The notes under the pieces were generated by a model. It saw only the letters and a list, made by a program, of their open reading frames with translations. It was not told where the DNA came from and searched no databases. Both the position numbers and the translations under genes were made by a program. This document shows positions 52,151-63,529 of a stretch of DNA of 64,000 bases, piece by piece (position 1 is the stretch's first letter; the number at the start of each line of letters is the position of its first letter). The DNA is from Octopus vulgaris (Eukaryota): assembly GCA_951406725.2 (NCBI GenBank), contig OX597829.1, positions 54,622,001-54,686,000 on the forward strand, written 5' to 3'.

Positions 52151-53230
52151 CGTTATTCAGTTTCATTTCAAGATTTCTTGCCAATAGAGAAAGAATCCAT
52201 TTCTAACCTAGATCCATTGGAATTTCAACATCAACAACAGGGTATTTTTGTGTGTATGTATATATATATATATATTTATATATGCATGTATATATACATG
52301 TAGATGTAGGTACGTACATATATGTTTGTATGTATGCATATATTTTATTTATTACACTATTGTATGACTGAGCGCCCTCGCGTCGATTCGATTCGTTTCG
52401 TTTCGTTTCTTCTTCTTCTCTAAGCTGGTTTTTATATATATATATATATATATATGCAGATTTCTATTTTGTTTTATGTATGTCTTCTCATGCATATACT
52501 TGCATATCTAGACATGCTCATACATGTAGGGTGGTTACCAGAAAAGAGGAAAATTTGACGCTTATTGTTCACCTCAAACAGAGCTTGTGAAAATAGAAAT
52601 CAGCATTTCTCAAATTTTCTGCTTTTCTAGTGACCTCCCTGTACTTAAATGATAAACTTCTGGAAAGTTTTACAGATTTTTACAACAACTCAAAGACGTT
52701 GCACTGAAATGGTGAATATAAAGGGCAATTCGACTTTGCCTTCAATCATTTTGGGGCAGATGTAATGAACTTAGCTCTTGCCCCCAAATCGCTGGCCTTG
52801 TGCTAAAGCTTGAAACCATTACATAAAATGGGAGGGAGGTGAAGAACAGCAATATAATAAAGACATAGGTAGACAATAGGGGGAAAAGAGGGAACTGATG
52901 TAATGTTTGGTGGGGGGAGAGAGGGAAGGGAGACAAAGGGGTGCACAGGGACAGAGGCCAGAGGTATGTAAGGGTGTATATTATGAGTGAGAAACAAAAG
53001 TGGTGAGGTCTGTTGATGTGAGAGGACGTTTAAGGAAAATAAAGTGATAAGAGGTGATCTTGAAAATGCAAGATGGATGACAAGAGAAAGAGAGAGAGAG
53101 AGAGAAGTGGTAGCACAAAAGGGATGGGGTATGGAATATGTGCAGTTTTGCACCCGTATATTTACAACTACACTTCTTTCACCAGTTTTCATCACCAGTG
53201 ATGACCTTCTGTTGTAATCCAACATCAGAC

Positions 53231-54224
53231 TGTTGTAACATCCACTCTGGTATAGCAGTATAGTTAGTAAGACAAATAAGACATGACTATCTATGACCGA
53301 CTTCTTGACCACTCAACTTCCTACAGCACAGTATTTGTAACGACTGGCACATACCACTTGTCACATGGTAGGGGTGTTCCATTTTTATTATTATTAACCC
53401 CATAATATCTCCCCTTTTAAGTTTTTTTTTCTTTTACAGGGAGTGCAATTGTATTTCTTTTTATTAACAACAATTTTTACATCATCCCACCTCTTTTTTT
53501 TGAGTATTTTTTGTTTATTTCTTTTTGTTTGGCATCCACTTCCAGGAACTCCTTACATATTCTTTTTATTTTGATTGTGCGTCTGGATTTGATTATTTGT
53601 AGTAGTGTTGGTACTTGAAAAGTATCATATAACCATTCCACTGGTTCTTCCACACTCTTGGATTCACTCTCAACAAATCTTTTTTTAGTTGATTTATACC
53701 TCTCGTGTATCCATTTTCTTCCTTTTATGAAGTATAGCATTTTTCCTGTGTGTTTAGTAATCCCACTGACTTCCCAACTTTGTTTTCCATTCTTATATGC
53801 CCTAATAAATACATTTTCACAATTTTTGAAATATCTTGCTGTATTATCTATTGTAATTTTCCTTTTCTTACCAGGTAGCAATTTGTCAAAGACTGATTTT
53901 ATTTTCTTTGCAAATATCAGCTCTGCTGGTGTGTTTGGATATTTTACGATTTTGTATGCGGTGTAAAATTCGCACAAAAAAACTTTTGAGTTTCATAACT
54001 CCTTGTGAGTTTGTTCATTCCTCATCACTACTGTTATAACGTCTGCTCTGGTATAGCAGCATAGTTAGTTGGACAAGTAAAAAAATGATTATCTATGACC
54101 AACTTCACTGACTTTTCAACCACTCGACTTCCTACATCACAGTATTTGTAATTACTGGCACATACCACGCATCATATGAAAGGGGTGTTCCATTACTATT
54201 ATTATTATCATTATTCCCATGACA
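53231..54224 (-). mobile_element. Gypsy (Mag/K02A2.6-like) LTR retrotransposon deletion derivative with both LTRs
   Basis: Direct repeats 53231-53407 and 54032-54224 ending AACA on minus; PBS-like GTAGTGATGAGG; PPT AAAAGGGGAGA; integrase C-terminus PAELIFAKKIKSVFDKLLP (ORF 53477-53977). Confidence 0.8.
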
Positions 54225-54239
54225 CCTTAAAAAAAAAGG

Positions 54240-54600
54240 TCCAGATCAACTTCCAACTGTTCTTTTTAGTTCATGACTGCTTTTGATCTTCTGTGAAGAA
54301 GCAAGGCACAAATTTTGCAGCAACACATTTCATTCACCATTCCTCACTCAAAATTCGTTGACAGGAGATCCAGAACACACCAATCACATCAACAAGTTCG
54401 TCAACTGTTTGGTGATGGTCCTTCAAGATCAGTGCATGAATTTTTATGATCTTTTCATTTGTTCGGGAGGTCAACGGACATCTTGAACGAGGTTGGTCTT
54501 CAAGTGACAAGTGACCATTCCTAAAACATGGAAACCACTCATAAACTTTTGTTTTGCTCATGTCAGCATCCTTGCAAGCTGTTTGAAGCATTGATAAAGC
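54240..54600 (-). mobile_element. Mariner transposase N-terminal (HTH) remnant
   Basis: MSKTKVYEWF..FRNG..SLEDQPRS..TVDELVD..CQRILSEE..AKFVP. Confidence 0.8.
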
Positions 54601-54759
54601 AAAGATGTACCACGTGGCAGTAGGATTACTGCCACCAGTCAGTAACCTGATACCTGAGGGTTGCATCAAGTGGCTTCTAGCAGCTGAAGCCTGAACTACA
54701 ATGGGCTTGTCTCACAGAGAATGTTTCCGGTTATTTTTGGGTACTCCCTCATATATAAA

Positions 54760-55655
54760 TCATCATCATCATCATCATCATCGTTTAGCATCCGCTTTCC
54801 ATGCTGGCATGGGTTGGACGGTGCAACTGGGGTCTGGGAAGCCAGAAGGCTGCACCAGGCCCAGTCTTATCTGGCAATGTTTCTACGGCTGGATGCCCTT
54901 CCTAACGCCAACCACTCCGTGAGTGTAGTGGGTGCTTTTTACGTGCCACCGGCACAGGTTCCAGACGAGGCTGGCAAACGGCCACGGTCGGATGGTGTTT
55001 TTTACGTGCCACTGGCACGGAGGCCAGGCAAGGCTGGCAGATGTCCACAATCGGATGGCGCTTTTTACGTGCCACCGGCATGGAGGTCAGGCGAGGCTGG
55101 CAAACGGCCACAATCGGATGGTGCTTTTTACGTGCCACCGACACGGAGGCCAGGCGAGGCTGGCAACAGCCATGATCGGATGGTGCTTTTTACGTGCCAC
55201 CGGCACGGAAGCCAGTCAGGGCAGAACTGGCAACGGCCACGTTCAGATGGTTCTCTCATGTGCCACCAGCACTGGCATCACAGCTATAATTTCCATTCAT
55301 GTTGATCAATTTTGATTTTTGATTTTTTTGATTTTCACTTGCCTCAACAGATCTTCACAAGTAGGGTTTTGCGTCACAAGGAGGAAAGGTATGCATAAGT
55401 GGACTGAGGCCATGGGTGGTGGTCTCACTTGTCCTGCCGGGTCTTCTCACGCACAGCGTACTTCCAAAGGTCTCGGTCTCTAGTCATTTCCTCGGTGAGA
55501 CCTAAAGTTTGAAGGTCGTGCTTCACCACCTCGTCCCAGGTTTTCCTGGGTCTACCTCTTCCACAGGATCCCTCAGCCGCTAGGGTGTGGCACTTTTTCA
55601 CACAACTATCTTCATCCATTCTTGCCACATGGCCATACCAGCGCAAACGTCTCTC
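54760..55655 (-). mobile_element. Family C RTE LINE 3' end with 6-unit VNTR
   Basis: ORF 55425-55646 (RWYGHVARM..GRGRPRKTW); units at 54943, 55006, 55069, 55132, 55194, 55260. Confidence 0.9.
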
Positions 55656-55657
55656 TT

Positions 55658-55724
<67 letters not shown>

Positions 55725-55829
55725 AATTATAAATGAGGGTGAAAAATCGGTATTAATTTAATAATACCATTAATTTAACACCAAGTGGCTTAGCACAAAA
55801 AACTACGGAGAAAATACAAATTTATACAT

Positions 55830-55917
<88 letters not shown>

Positions 55918-55926
55918 TATATATAT

Positions 55927-55957
<31 letters not shown>

Positions 55958-56090
55958 TGCACACACATATATATATATATACACACACACACATACACAC
56001 TCACACACACACATATATATATATATATACATACATACAAACATATATATATATATATATATATACATAATATATACACACACACACATC
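55658..56090. repeat. (TA)n/(CA)n microsatellites
   Basis: Direct reading. Confidence 0.9.
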
Positions 56091-56626
56091 AAGGACGTGG
56101 GATTTTGAGAGACTGGAGTTGTTCCCAATTAGTAAAATTGATCCATCATTAGTTATTTAATTAGTGAAAAACACAGAACTAAAATATAATGTTAGACTAT
56201 ATTTACTTGTTTCAGGAGGATTTGCTCAAACTTGTCAGACTGCCCCACTGGCTATAGGTGCGTGTGTGTGTGTGTGCATGCATGCATGTGTGTGTGCGTG
56301 CATGTGAGTATGCATGTATATGTGTGTGCATATGCATGAGTGCATCTGTGTATGCATGTGTGTATTGTGTGTGTGTGCATGTATGCATGTTTGTGTGTGC
56401 ATGTGTGTGTTTGTGTGTGCACTACACATGCATGTAAAGTTAAATGTTTCTATGTTCGCAGTTATGTGTTAGTGTTACTTAGCAATTCAATATGTAGAGA
56501 TCAATAAAGTAAGCTTCCGATTAAAAATCATTGCAGGTGACGGGTGCTCCAGCATGGCTTATGTCCAACAACTGAAAGTGGGGAAATGACAAATAATAAA
56601 GAATAAAAAATTTTTTTTTAAATGTG

Positions 56627-57005
56627 AAGGCTGTGTGGTAAGTAGCTTGCCTACCAACCACATGGTTCTGGGTTCAGTCCCACTGCATGGCATCTTGGGC
56701 AAGTGTCTTCTACTATAGCCTTGGGCTGACCAAAGCCTTGTGAGTGGATTTGGTAGACGGAAACTGAAAGAAGCCCATTATATATGTATATATATATATA
56801 TATGTATGTGTTTGTGTGTCTGTCCCCCTATCATCGCTTGACAACCGATGCTGGTGTGTTTACGTCCCCGTCACTTAGCGGTTCGGCAAGAGACCGATAA
56901 AATAAGTACTGGGCTTACAAAGAATAAGTCCTGGGGTCGATTTGCTCGACTAAAGGCGGTGCTCCAGCATGGCCGCAGTCAAACGACTGAAACAATTAAA
57001 AAAAA
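56627..57005 (+). mobile_element. SINE family A copy
   Basis: Head and tail intact. Confidence 0.9.
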
Positions 57006-57489
57006 AAAAGTAATGGGAAATGATAAGAGTGAGAGAATTGCAGATGGAAAAGGGGAACATGGAAGAGAGAGAGGGGGAGGGAGAGAGAGAAAGAAAGAAA
57101 GAGAGAGAGAGACACACACACAGACATACACACACACGTGCTATAACACACACATACATGCACACACTTGCATAGACGATTACACATATATGCGCACAAA
57201 CTCACACAAACATCTCTCATCATCATCGTCGTCATCATCATCATCATCGTTTAATGTTTGTGTTCCCTGCTGGCGTATGTCGGACAGTTTGACAGGATCC
57301 AATGGTCCAAGAACTGCATCATGCTCCAGTGTCTATAAATATATATATAAATATATATTCAATGTGTGTGTGTGTGTGTGTGTGTACATAAATATTTATA
57401 TAATTATATATACAAAATAAGAAAATGGAGAAATACATCTAAATCAATTATCAACTACCAGATAATACCCAATCACATATATATATAAT

Positions 57490-57521
<32 letters not shown>

Positions 57522-57536
57522 TAGATAACCATTAAT

Positions 57537-57569
<33 letters not shown>

Positions 57570-57745
57570 TTGGCTATTGTTGTACATCCAGCTAAAACCA
57601 ATGTGTGATTAGTTAGTTGTGCTTCTCTTTGTGTGGTTATACTCCTAAAATGATGATACGGAAGATGGTGAAAAAAAATATTATCCAGGTTAATTTTTGT
57701 AATAGATTTTGTATTTGTGGAAAAGAAAAATTTACATAATTTCCG

Positions 57746-57777
<32 letters not shown>

Positions 57778-57811
57778 GTATATCACTCTCATCCTCTCTC
57801 TTTCTCTCTCT

Positions 57812-57885
<74 letters not shown>

Positions 57886-57895
57886 CTATCTCTCT

Positions 57896-58046
57896 ATTGA
57901 AAAGCAGCAGAAATTCAACAAAACCTGTTATTCGGAGTTTCATGTTCCTGTTCGTCGGACAGTTTTTTTTTAACAAAACTGTCCAATGAACGGGAACGTA
58001 AAACTCCGAGTAACAGGTTTTGTTGAATTTTCTGCTGCTTTTAAAT
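57896..58046. repeat. ~150 bp fold-back palindrome, each arm carrying a minimal hammerhead-like motif
   Basis: Plus CTGT CCAATGA ACG ggaa CGT AAAA CTCCGAG TA ACAG (57979-58016); minus CTGT CCGACGA ACA ggaa CAT GAAA CTCCGAA TA ACAG. Confidence 0.8.
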
Positions 58047-58433
58047 AAAGCATATTACTCTACCACTGGTATTTGAATACTCTTTCTTCCACCTTGTTTC
58101 ACATTTATGTGTTTACTCCGGTATCTATCTATCTATGTAGATAGATAGAAACAGGTATGTAGGTAGTTTTATATATGTGTGTGTGTATGTGTATGTTTAT
58201 GTGTGTGTGTGTGTGCATATGACATATATCTCTGTATATCTATATCTATTAATCTATGTATAGGTAGATAGTCAGACAGACAGACACACAGACTGACAGG
58301 CAGAGAGATAGATAATAGATAGATAGTGAGAGAGATAGTGAGAGAAACAGACACATATACATGTGTTTGTGTGCATCTCTCTCTCTCTCCCTCCCCTTCT
58401 CCACTTTCTCTCATACATTATATATATATATAT

Positions 58434-59305
58434 GAGTGGCTGTGTGGTAAGTAGCTTGCTAACCAACCACATGGTTCCGGGTTCAGTCCCACTGCGTGGC
58501 ACCTCGGGCAAGTGTCTTCTGCTATAGCCCCAGGCCGACCAATGCCTTGTGAATGAATTTGGTAGACGGAAACTGAAAGAAGCCTGTCGTATATATGTAT
58601 ATGTATATATGTGTGTGTGTGTTTGTGTTTGTGTGTGTGTGTTTGTCCCCCTAGCATTGCTTGACAACCGATGCTGGTGTGTTTACGTTCCCGTCACTTA
58701 GCGGTTCGGCAAAAGAGACCGATAGAATAAGTACTATGCTTACAAAGAATAAGTCCTGGGGTCGATTTGCTCGACTAAAGGCAGTGCTCCAGCATGGCTG
58801 CAGTCAAATGACTGAGACAAGTAAAAGAGAATATATGACAAGTGATTGAGACCTTTGGAGGTATTCTGTGTTTGAGAAGACTCAGCAAGCCAAGTGAGAC
58901 TGTAACCATGGCCTATGCCAGTGTGACATAACCAACCCATTTAAAAGTACCTTTCAATCATTGGGCAATAAACTGTGCTGTGATGACCTGTTGAGGCAAG
59001 TGAAGTCATCGTCATGGCCAATGACAGTATCACCAGATTGGCTCCCCTGATGGTGGTACGCAAAAAGCACCATTCAAGCGTGGTTGATGCTAGTACTACC
59101 TGACTGGCCCTTGTGCCGGTGGCACACAAAAAGCACCCCCTACACTCTCAGAGTGGTTGGCATTAGGAAGGGCATCTAGCTGTAGAAACTTTGCCAGATC
59201 AGATTGGAACCTTGTGCAGCCTTCTGGCTTGCCAGCCCTCAGTCAAATGGTCCAACCCATGCCAGCATGGAAAGCGGACGTTAAACGACAACAATGATGA
59301 TGATG
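58434..59305 (+). mobile_element. SINE family A (58434-58830) followed by family C 3' UTR (58845-59305)
   Basis: Matches to other copies. Confidence 0.85.
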
Positions 59306-59714
59306 TTATATATTTCATGTACGACAACTTTTCATTTACTTCCTGAAATCGGTTTCTTAGCTTCAATGAAATAAGTGGAGCTATGATGTCCTGAATAACA
59401 AGTAACTAGCATAACTGATGTGTGTGTGTGTGCGTGTGTGTGTGTGCGCGCTCATTTTATTTCAATGAGTATTAACCAGAATCGTTCTATTGATTTGATG
59501 AGCATCAACACGCAATATCATAATGTTATTGATCTCACAAACCATGCAAATACATTTCAGATGTTAAAAACAATAAGAATTTCTAAGTTTAGGTTTCTGT
59601 AGTTTGCATGGAAACTAAAAGCTTACGAAAGGTGTTGAGTATTTCATTCCGTTAATGACTGAATTATTTTGGTAAAAAATATTTTAATTTATATCATAAG
59701 TAATTTCCTTCTTT

Positions 59715-60000
59715 TATCTTTTATCTTTTACTTGTTTCACTCATTGGACTGTGGCCATGCTGGGGCACCACCTTGAAGGGTTTTAGTTGAACAAATCAAT
59801 TCCAGTATATCTTTTATCTTTTACTGGTTTCAGGCATTGGACTGTGGCCATGCTGGGGCACCACCTTGAAGGGTTTTAGTTGAACAAATCAATCCCAGTA
59901 TATCTTTTATCTTTTACTGGTTTCAGGCATTGGACTGTGGCCATGCTGGGGCACCACCTTGAAGGGTTTTAGTTGAACAAATCAATCCCAGTATATCTTT
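59715..60000 (-). repeat. Tandem triplication (93-bp period) of a SINE A tail
   Basis: cattggactgtgg at 59742, 59835, 59928. Confidence 0.9.
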
Positions 60001-60489
60001 CATCTTTCATCTTTTACAATGACTCTCCCAGACACAACAATATTTGTTCCAACATATGAGCTCACATCAAGAATCTTACAAACCAAGTACAGAAACAAAA
60101 TGAGTGTGAAATTCTTACTTTACCAAAATAGGTAACACAGGTGTTGCTCGAATGTCTTTGATTTTTTTTTCTGCTCAATCACAGTTGACTAAACAAGATT
60201 AACAAATAACACCACAGGTAATTAAATTTATAGTCTGATTATCTTTTTGCCTCATTGACTTTCTTTTTTACCCTAAACAGCTATTTCATGCCTAAGAAAA
60301 TCAATGAGACATACAATTATTTCGATACTACATTAAAAAAAAAACCCCACTTCCCACATTATTCCTCAGACATAGCTGCACAACATGTGCACACAATTCA
60401 TCAGGTCAATGATGACTTTTACCAATCCTGCCATGCCTCCCCTCCCTACCACCCTACTTCACTGTGACAAAACATGTAAAGGGGCATCA

Positions 60490-60725
60490 TCATCATCATT
60501 GTTCGAGACAATGGAATTTGCCATGCTACGCCAGACTTCACGGTCCATCATGGCGTTACGGAGGTCCTGTTGCTGGATGCCTGTATCCCTGGAGATTACA
60601 TCAGGGTAGGAGAGTGTGCGCCCTCTGGTATTGCGAGTAGATGGCTTCCAGAGGAGAAGAGTAGAAATTACCTCTTTTTCAGCTCTACAACAATGTCCAG
60701 CAAACTGGACTCTCCTACCTTTCAC
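60490..60725 (-). mobile_element. 5'-truncated RTE-type LINE 3' end (same family as 13525-14009)
   Basis: RRVQFAGHCCRAEKE...; TSD AAGGGGCATCA at 60479-60489 and 60726-60736. Confidence 0.9.
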
Positions 60726-61004
60726 AAGGGGCATCAAACAACAGACTTTGTGCAAATCAGCAGTGGATTCAAGACAACACTTCTTGAATGTCTACATAAA
60801 GAAATGAAAATATTTGAAAGATGACATTCAAAGACATTTGGAACTTATTCCATATTGTATGTGGTAAGTTCTGAAGGCCATTGTCTCCATCACTAAATGT
60901 TCATTCTCCTTCAGACACATCTATAACTTGATTCAAAGCCTCCATCCTATGAACAAAATACTTTGCACACAATCATACAAACATTAAGGAAAAAATAAAT
61001 AAAA

Positions 61005-61291
61005 GAATGCCGATGCCAGCTTGACTGGCTTCTGTGCCGATGGCACGTAAAAAGCACCAACCGATTGTGGCCACTACCAGCTTCCCCTTGCACCTGTGCC
61101 GGTGGCACATAAAAAGCCCCCACTACACTCACAGAGTGGTTGGCGTTAGGAAGGGCATCCAGCTGTAGAAACACTGCCAGATCAGACTGGAGCCTGGTGC
61201 AGCCTCCCGGCTTCCCAGACCCCAGTCGAACCGTCCAACCCATGCTAGCACGGAAAACAGAAGTTAAACGATGATGATGATGATGATGATG
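61005..61291 (+). mobile_element. Family C 3' UTR fragment
   Basis: Match to 28700-29500. Confidence 0.85.
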
Positions 61292-61461
61292 AACACTTAC
61301 AGCAAATAAATGTAGCAGCAGCAGCAAGTAGCCTCATTTCTGCCAAACACTGTTGTATGACTGAAGAGATGTTTGAAGGAAATTCAAACAGTATTGAGTA
61401 ACTTTGTCACTAACATGTGACATAGGTATAACTGAACATATACGCACAACACAATTCTGTA

Positions 61462-61860
61462 TTTCTGAAATGAGGAATTTTATATATTTTATTCAACTCA
61501 AAGTGATGTCCTCATCTGGATTGTTGTCTTCATTGCATTTCAGTTGTTGTTCGCTCCAGCCTTCTTCAGGTGTCTTGTAATTCACCTCAGTGATTTGATT
61601 GGGATTGAACCAACGTAGGACATCAATGGAGGTTTATAAGCCTCAAAAATTCGCTCTGATACAGGTGAAAGGCATAGCATAGTGGACAAAGGCACTGGTT
61701 AATGCAGCACAGTTACCTAGAGGTTCTGAGCTCAGTCCCAGGCAAGGCATTAAGGGGAATCACAAAACACCTGAAGATGGCTGGAGAGTACACAACTAAA
61801 GTATAGTCAAAGCAACAGCTAACATAAGGGCATGGGTCCAACTAATAGATAATAAATACA
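61462..61860. mobile_element. Element with inverted, outward-facing hammerhead-like cores and an internal tRNA-like segment
   Basis: Minus CTGAAGA 61563-61569, plus CTGAAGA 61771-61777; paralogue 63173-63490. Confidence 0.6.
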
Positions 61861-62169
61861 CTCAACATCTGAGAATTGTGTTACTGAGTAACTTCTGGTA
61901 AATAAAAATAATATAGCTAGATGCATAAATGTGTATAAAGACATACATACATACACACATATGTACATACATACATACATACATACATACATACATACAT
62001 ACATACACGTACATACATATATACATACATACATACATACATACATACATACAAACAAACATACATATTTATGTACATACATACAGACATACGTATGTGC
62101 ATATACACACACATATACACATACATGCATGCATGCATACATATATACATGCAGACACACACCACATCT

Positions 62170-62930
62170 GATGCTTCTTATGTCCAACTTTTAACTCAAG
62201 GTGCTTACATTTTGTTGTGTGTGCACACTGGCATTACACATCCAGTTGAGAATACTAGCTTCATTTCTTTCAAGCCTACATGTCTTCAGCAGTCACAGCC
62301 CATGTTTCACTGCCTTGTAGCATGGCTGTTCACACACATGTATCATACATTCTACCTTTTACTCTGAGCAAGAGGCCTTTTCTTACCAGCAGAGGTAGGA
62401 GCACTCTGAACTTTGCCCAGCCTATTCTTATTCTAGCAGCTACACTCCCAGAGCATCCACCCCCACTACTGACTTGGTCATCTAGGTAACGGAGCTATCA
62501 ACTACTTCTAGTTTTTTCCCCCGGCATGGAATTTGTTTTCTGTGCATTTTCAGTGTTTATTGCTCCTGTGCATCTGCCATACACAAAAACTAACTTCTCA
62601 GTTAGCCTCCCTTTGATATTGCTGCACCTCTTATGTGTCCATAGCTTACACTGGGTACATCTTATGGAATTTCTACCTATGCCTTTTCTACAGACCAAAC
62701 AGGGCCATCTACCTGAAGGGATTTGTGGTTTGTCTGCCTTCCTACTTACTAAGGCTCTTGTTTTTGCTAGATTGACTCTAAGGCCCTTCGTTTCTAAACA
62801 TTGCTTCCACACCTGAAACTTCTCTAGTTCTGTTAGTGACTCAGCTATTAGAGCAAGGTCATCAGCATAGAGGTGTCCCAGGGTTAGCCCATCTTGAATT
62901 CCTGTTATTGCTTGGAGGACTATGATATAT
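62170..62930 (-). mobile_element. Family C RTE LINE RT remnant with PHD-like Cys/His insert
   Basis: LYADDLALIAES (YADD 62858-62869), KGLRVNLAKT, CLVC..CTQCKLWTHKRC..GRC, RIRIGWAKFR. Confidence 0.85.
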
Positions 62931-63172
62931 ACATACATTTTCTGTCTCTCTCCATATTTTCCCTCAACTCTTTCTGTTGAAACATCAAAGACTTTTCCAT
63001 TCTTCCCAGAGTGACAAACTAATACACCTGTTTGTTGTTCCCTCACCTGTCTTCGTCTTTCTTTTCTGTAAAAGGAAATAAGAGAGGCAAAAGAAAGGTA
63101 GGTAATTGACCAATGTGAGAATATTGAGGGTAGCCTTTCTAGCAACAATACAAAACATAGTACAGTTCTTTA

Positions 63173-63490
63173 TTTCTGAGATGAGGAATTTTATATTATG
63201 CATTCATCTGAGTGGTGCCTTCATCTTTGTTGCTTTCACAACATTTCAACTGTTGTATGCTCCAGCCTTCTTCAGGTGTCTTGTGTTGAACTTCATTGTT
63301 GTGTCAACATTTTGAATCTAACTCTTTATTTGATCCATGGGGTACATTGTTCTCTTTCTGATACAGCAACCAAGTTCAAAAGAAGACACCTGAAGAAAAT
63401 TAGTGCATACAACAGGCGAAACGTAGTGAAAGCAACAATCATGAGAACAACATCTGACTAATATAAACAGCATACATAGTCCAAAACGTG
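63173..63490. mobile_element. Element with inverted, outward-facing hammerhead-like cores
   Basis: Minus CTGAAGA 63269-63275..GAAA 63244-63247; plus CTGAAGA 63390-63396..GAAA 63418-63421. Confidence 0.6.
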
Positions 63491-63529
63491 TGCTCCAACT
63501 TGTAGAAGATCTCACTAAAAGAAAGCATC

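Larger units (their letters stand above)
47900..52500. promoter_or_regulatory. CpG-retaining segment, candidate (possibly bidirectional) promoter / first-exon region
   Basis: Visibly more CG dinucleotides than the flanks, including inside repeats; + strand donor GAG|GTATGC at 49390. Confidence 0.4.
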
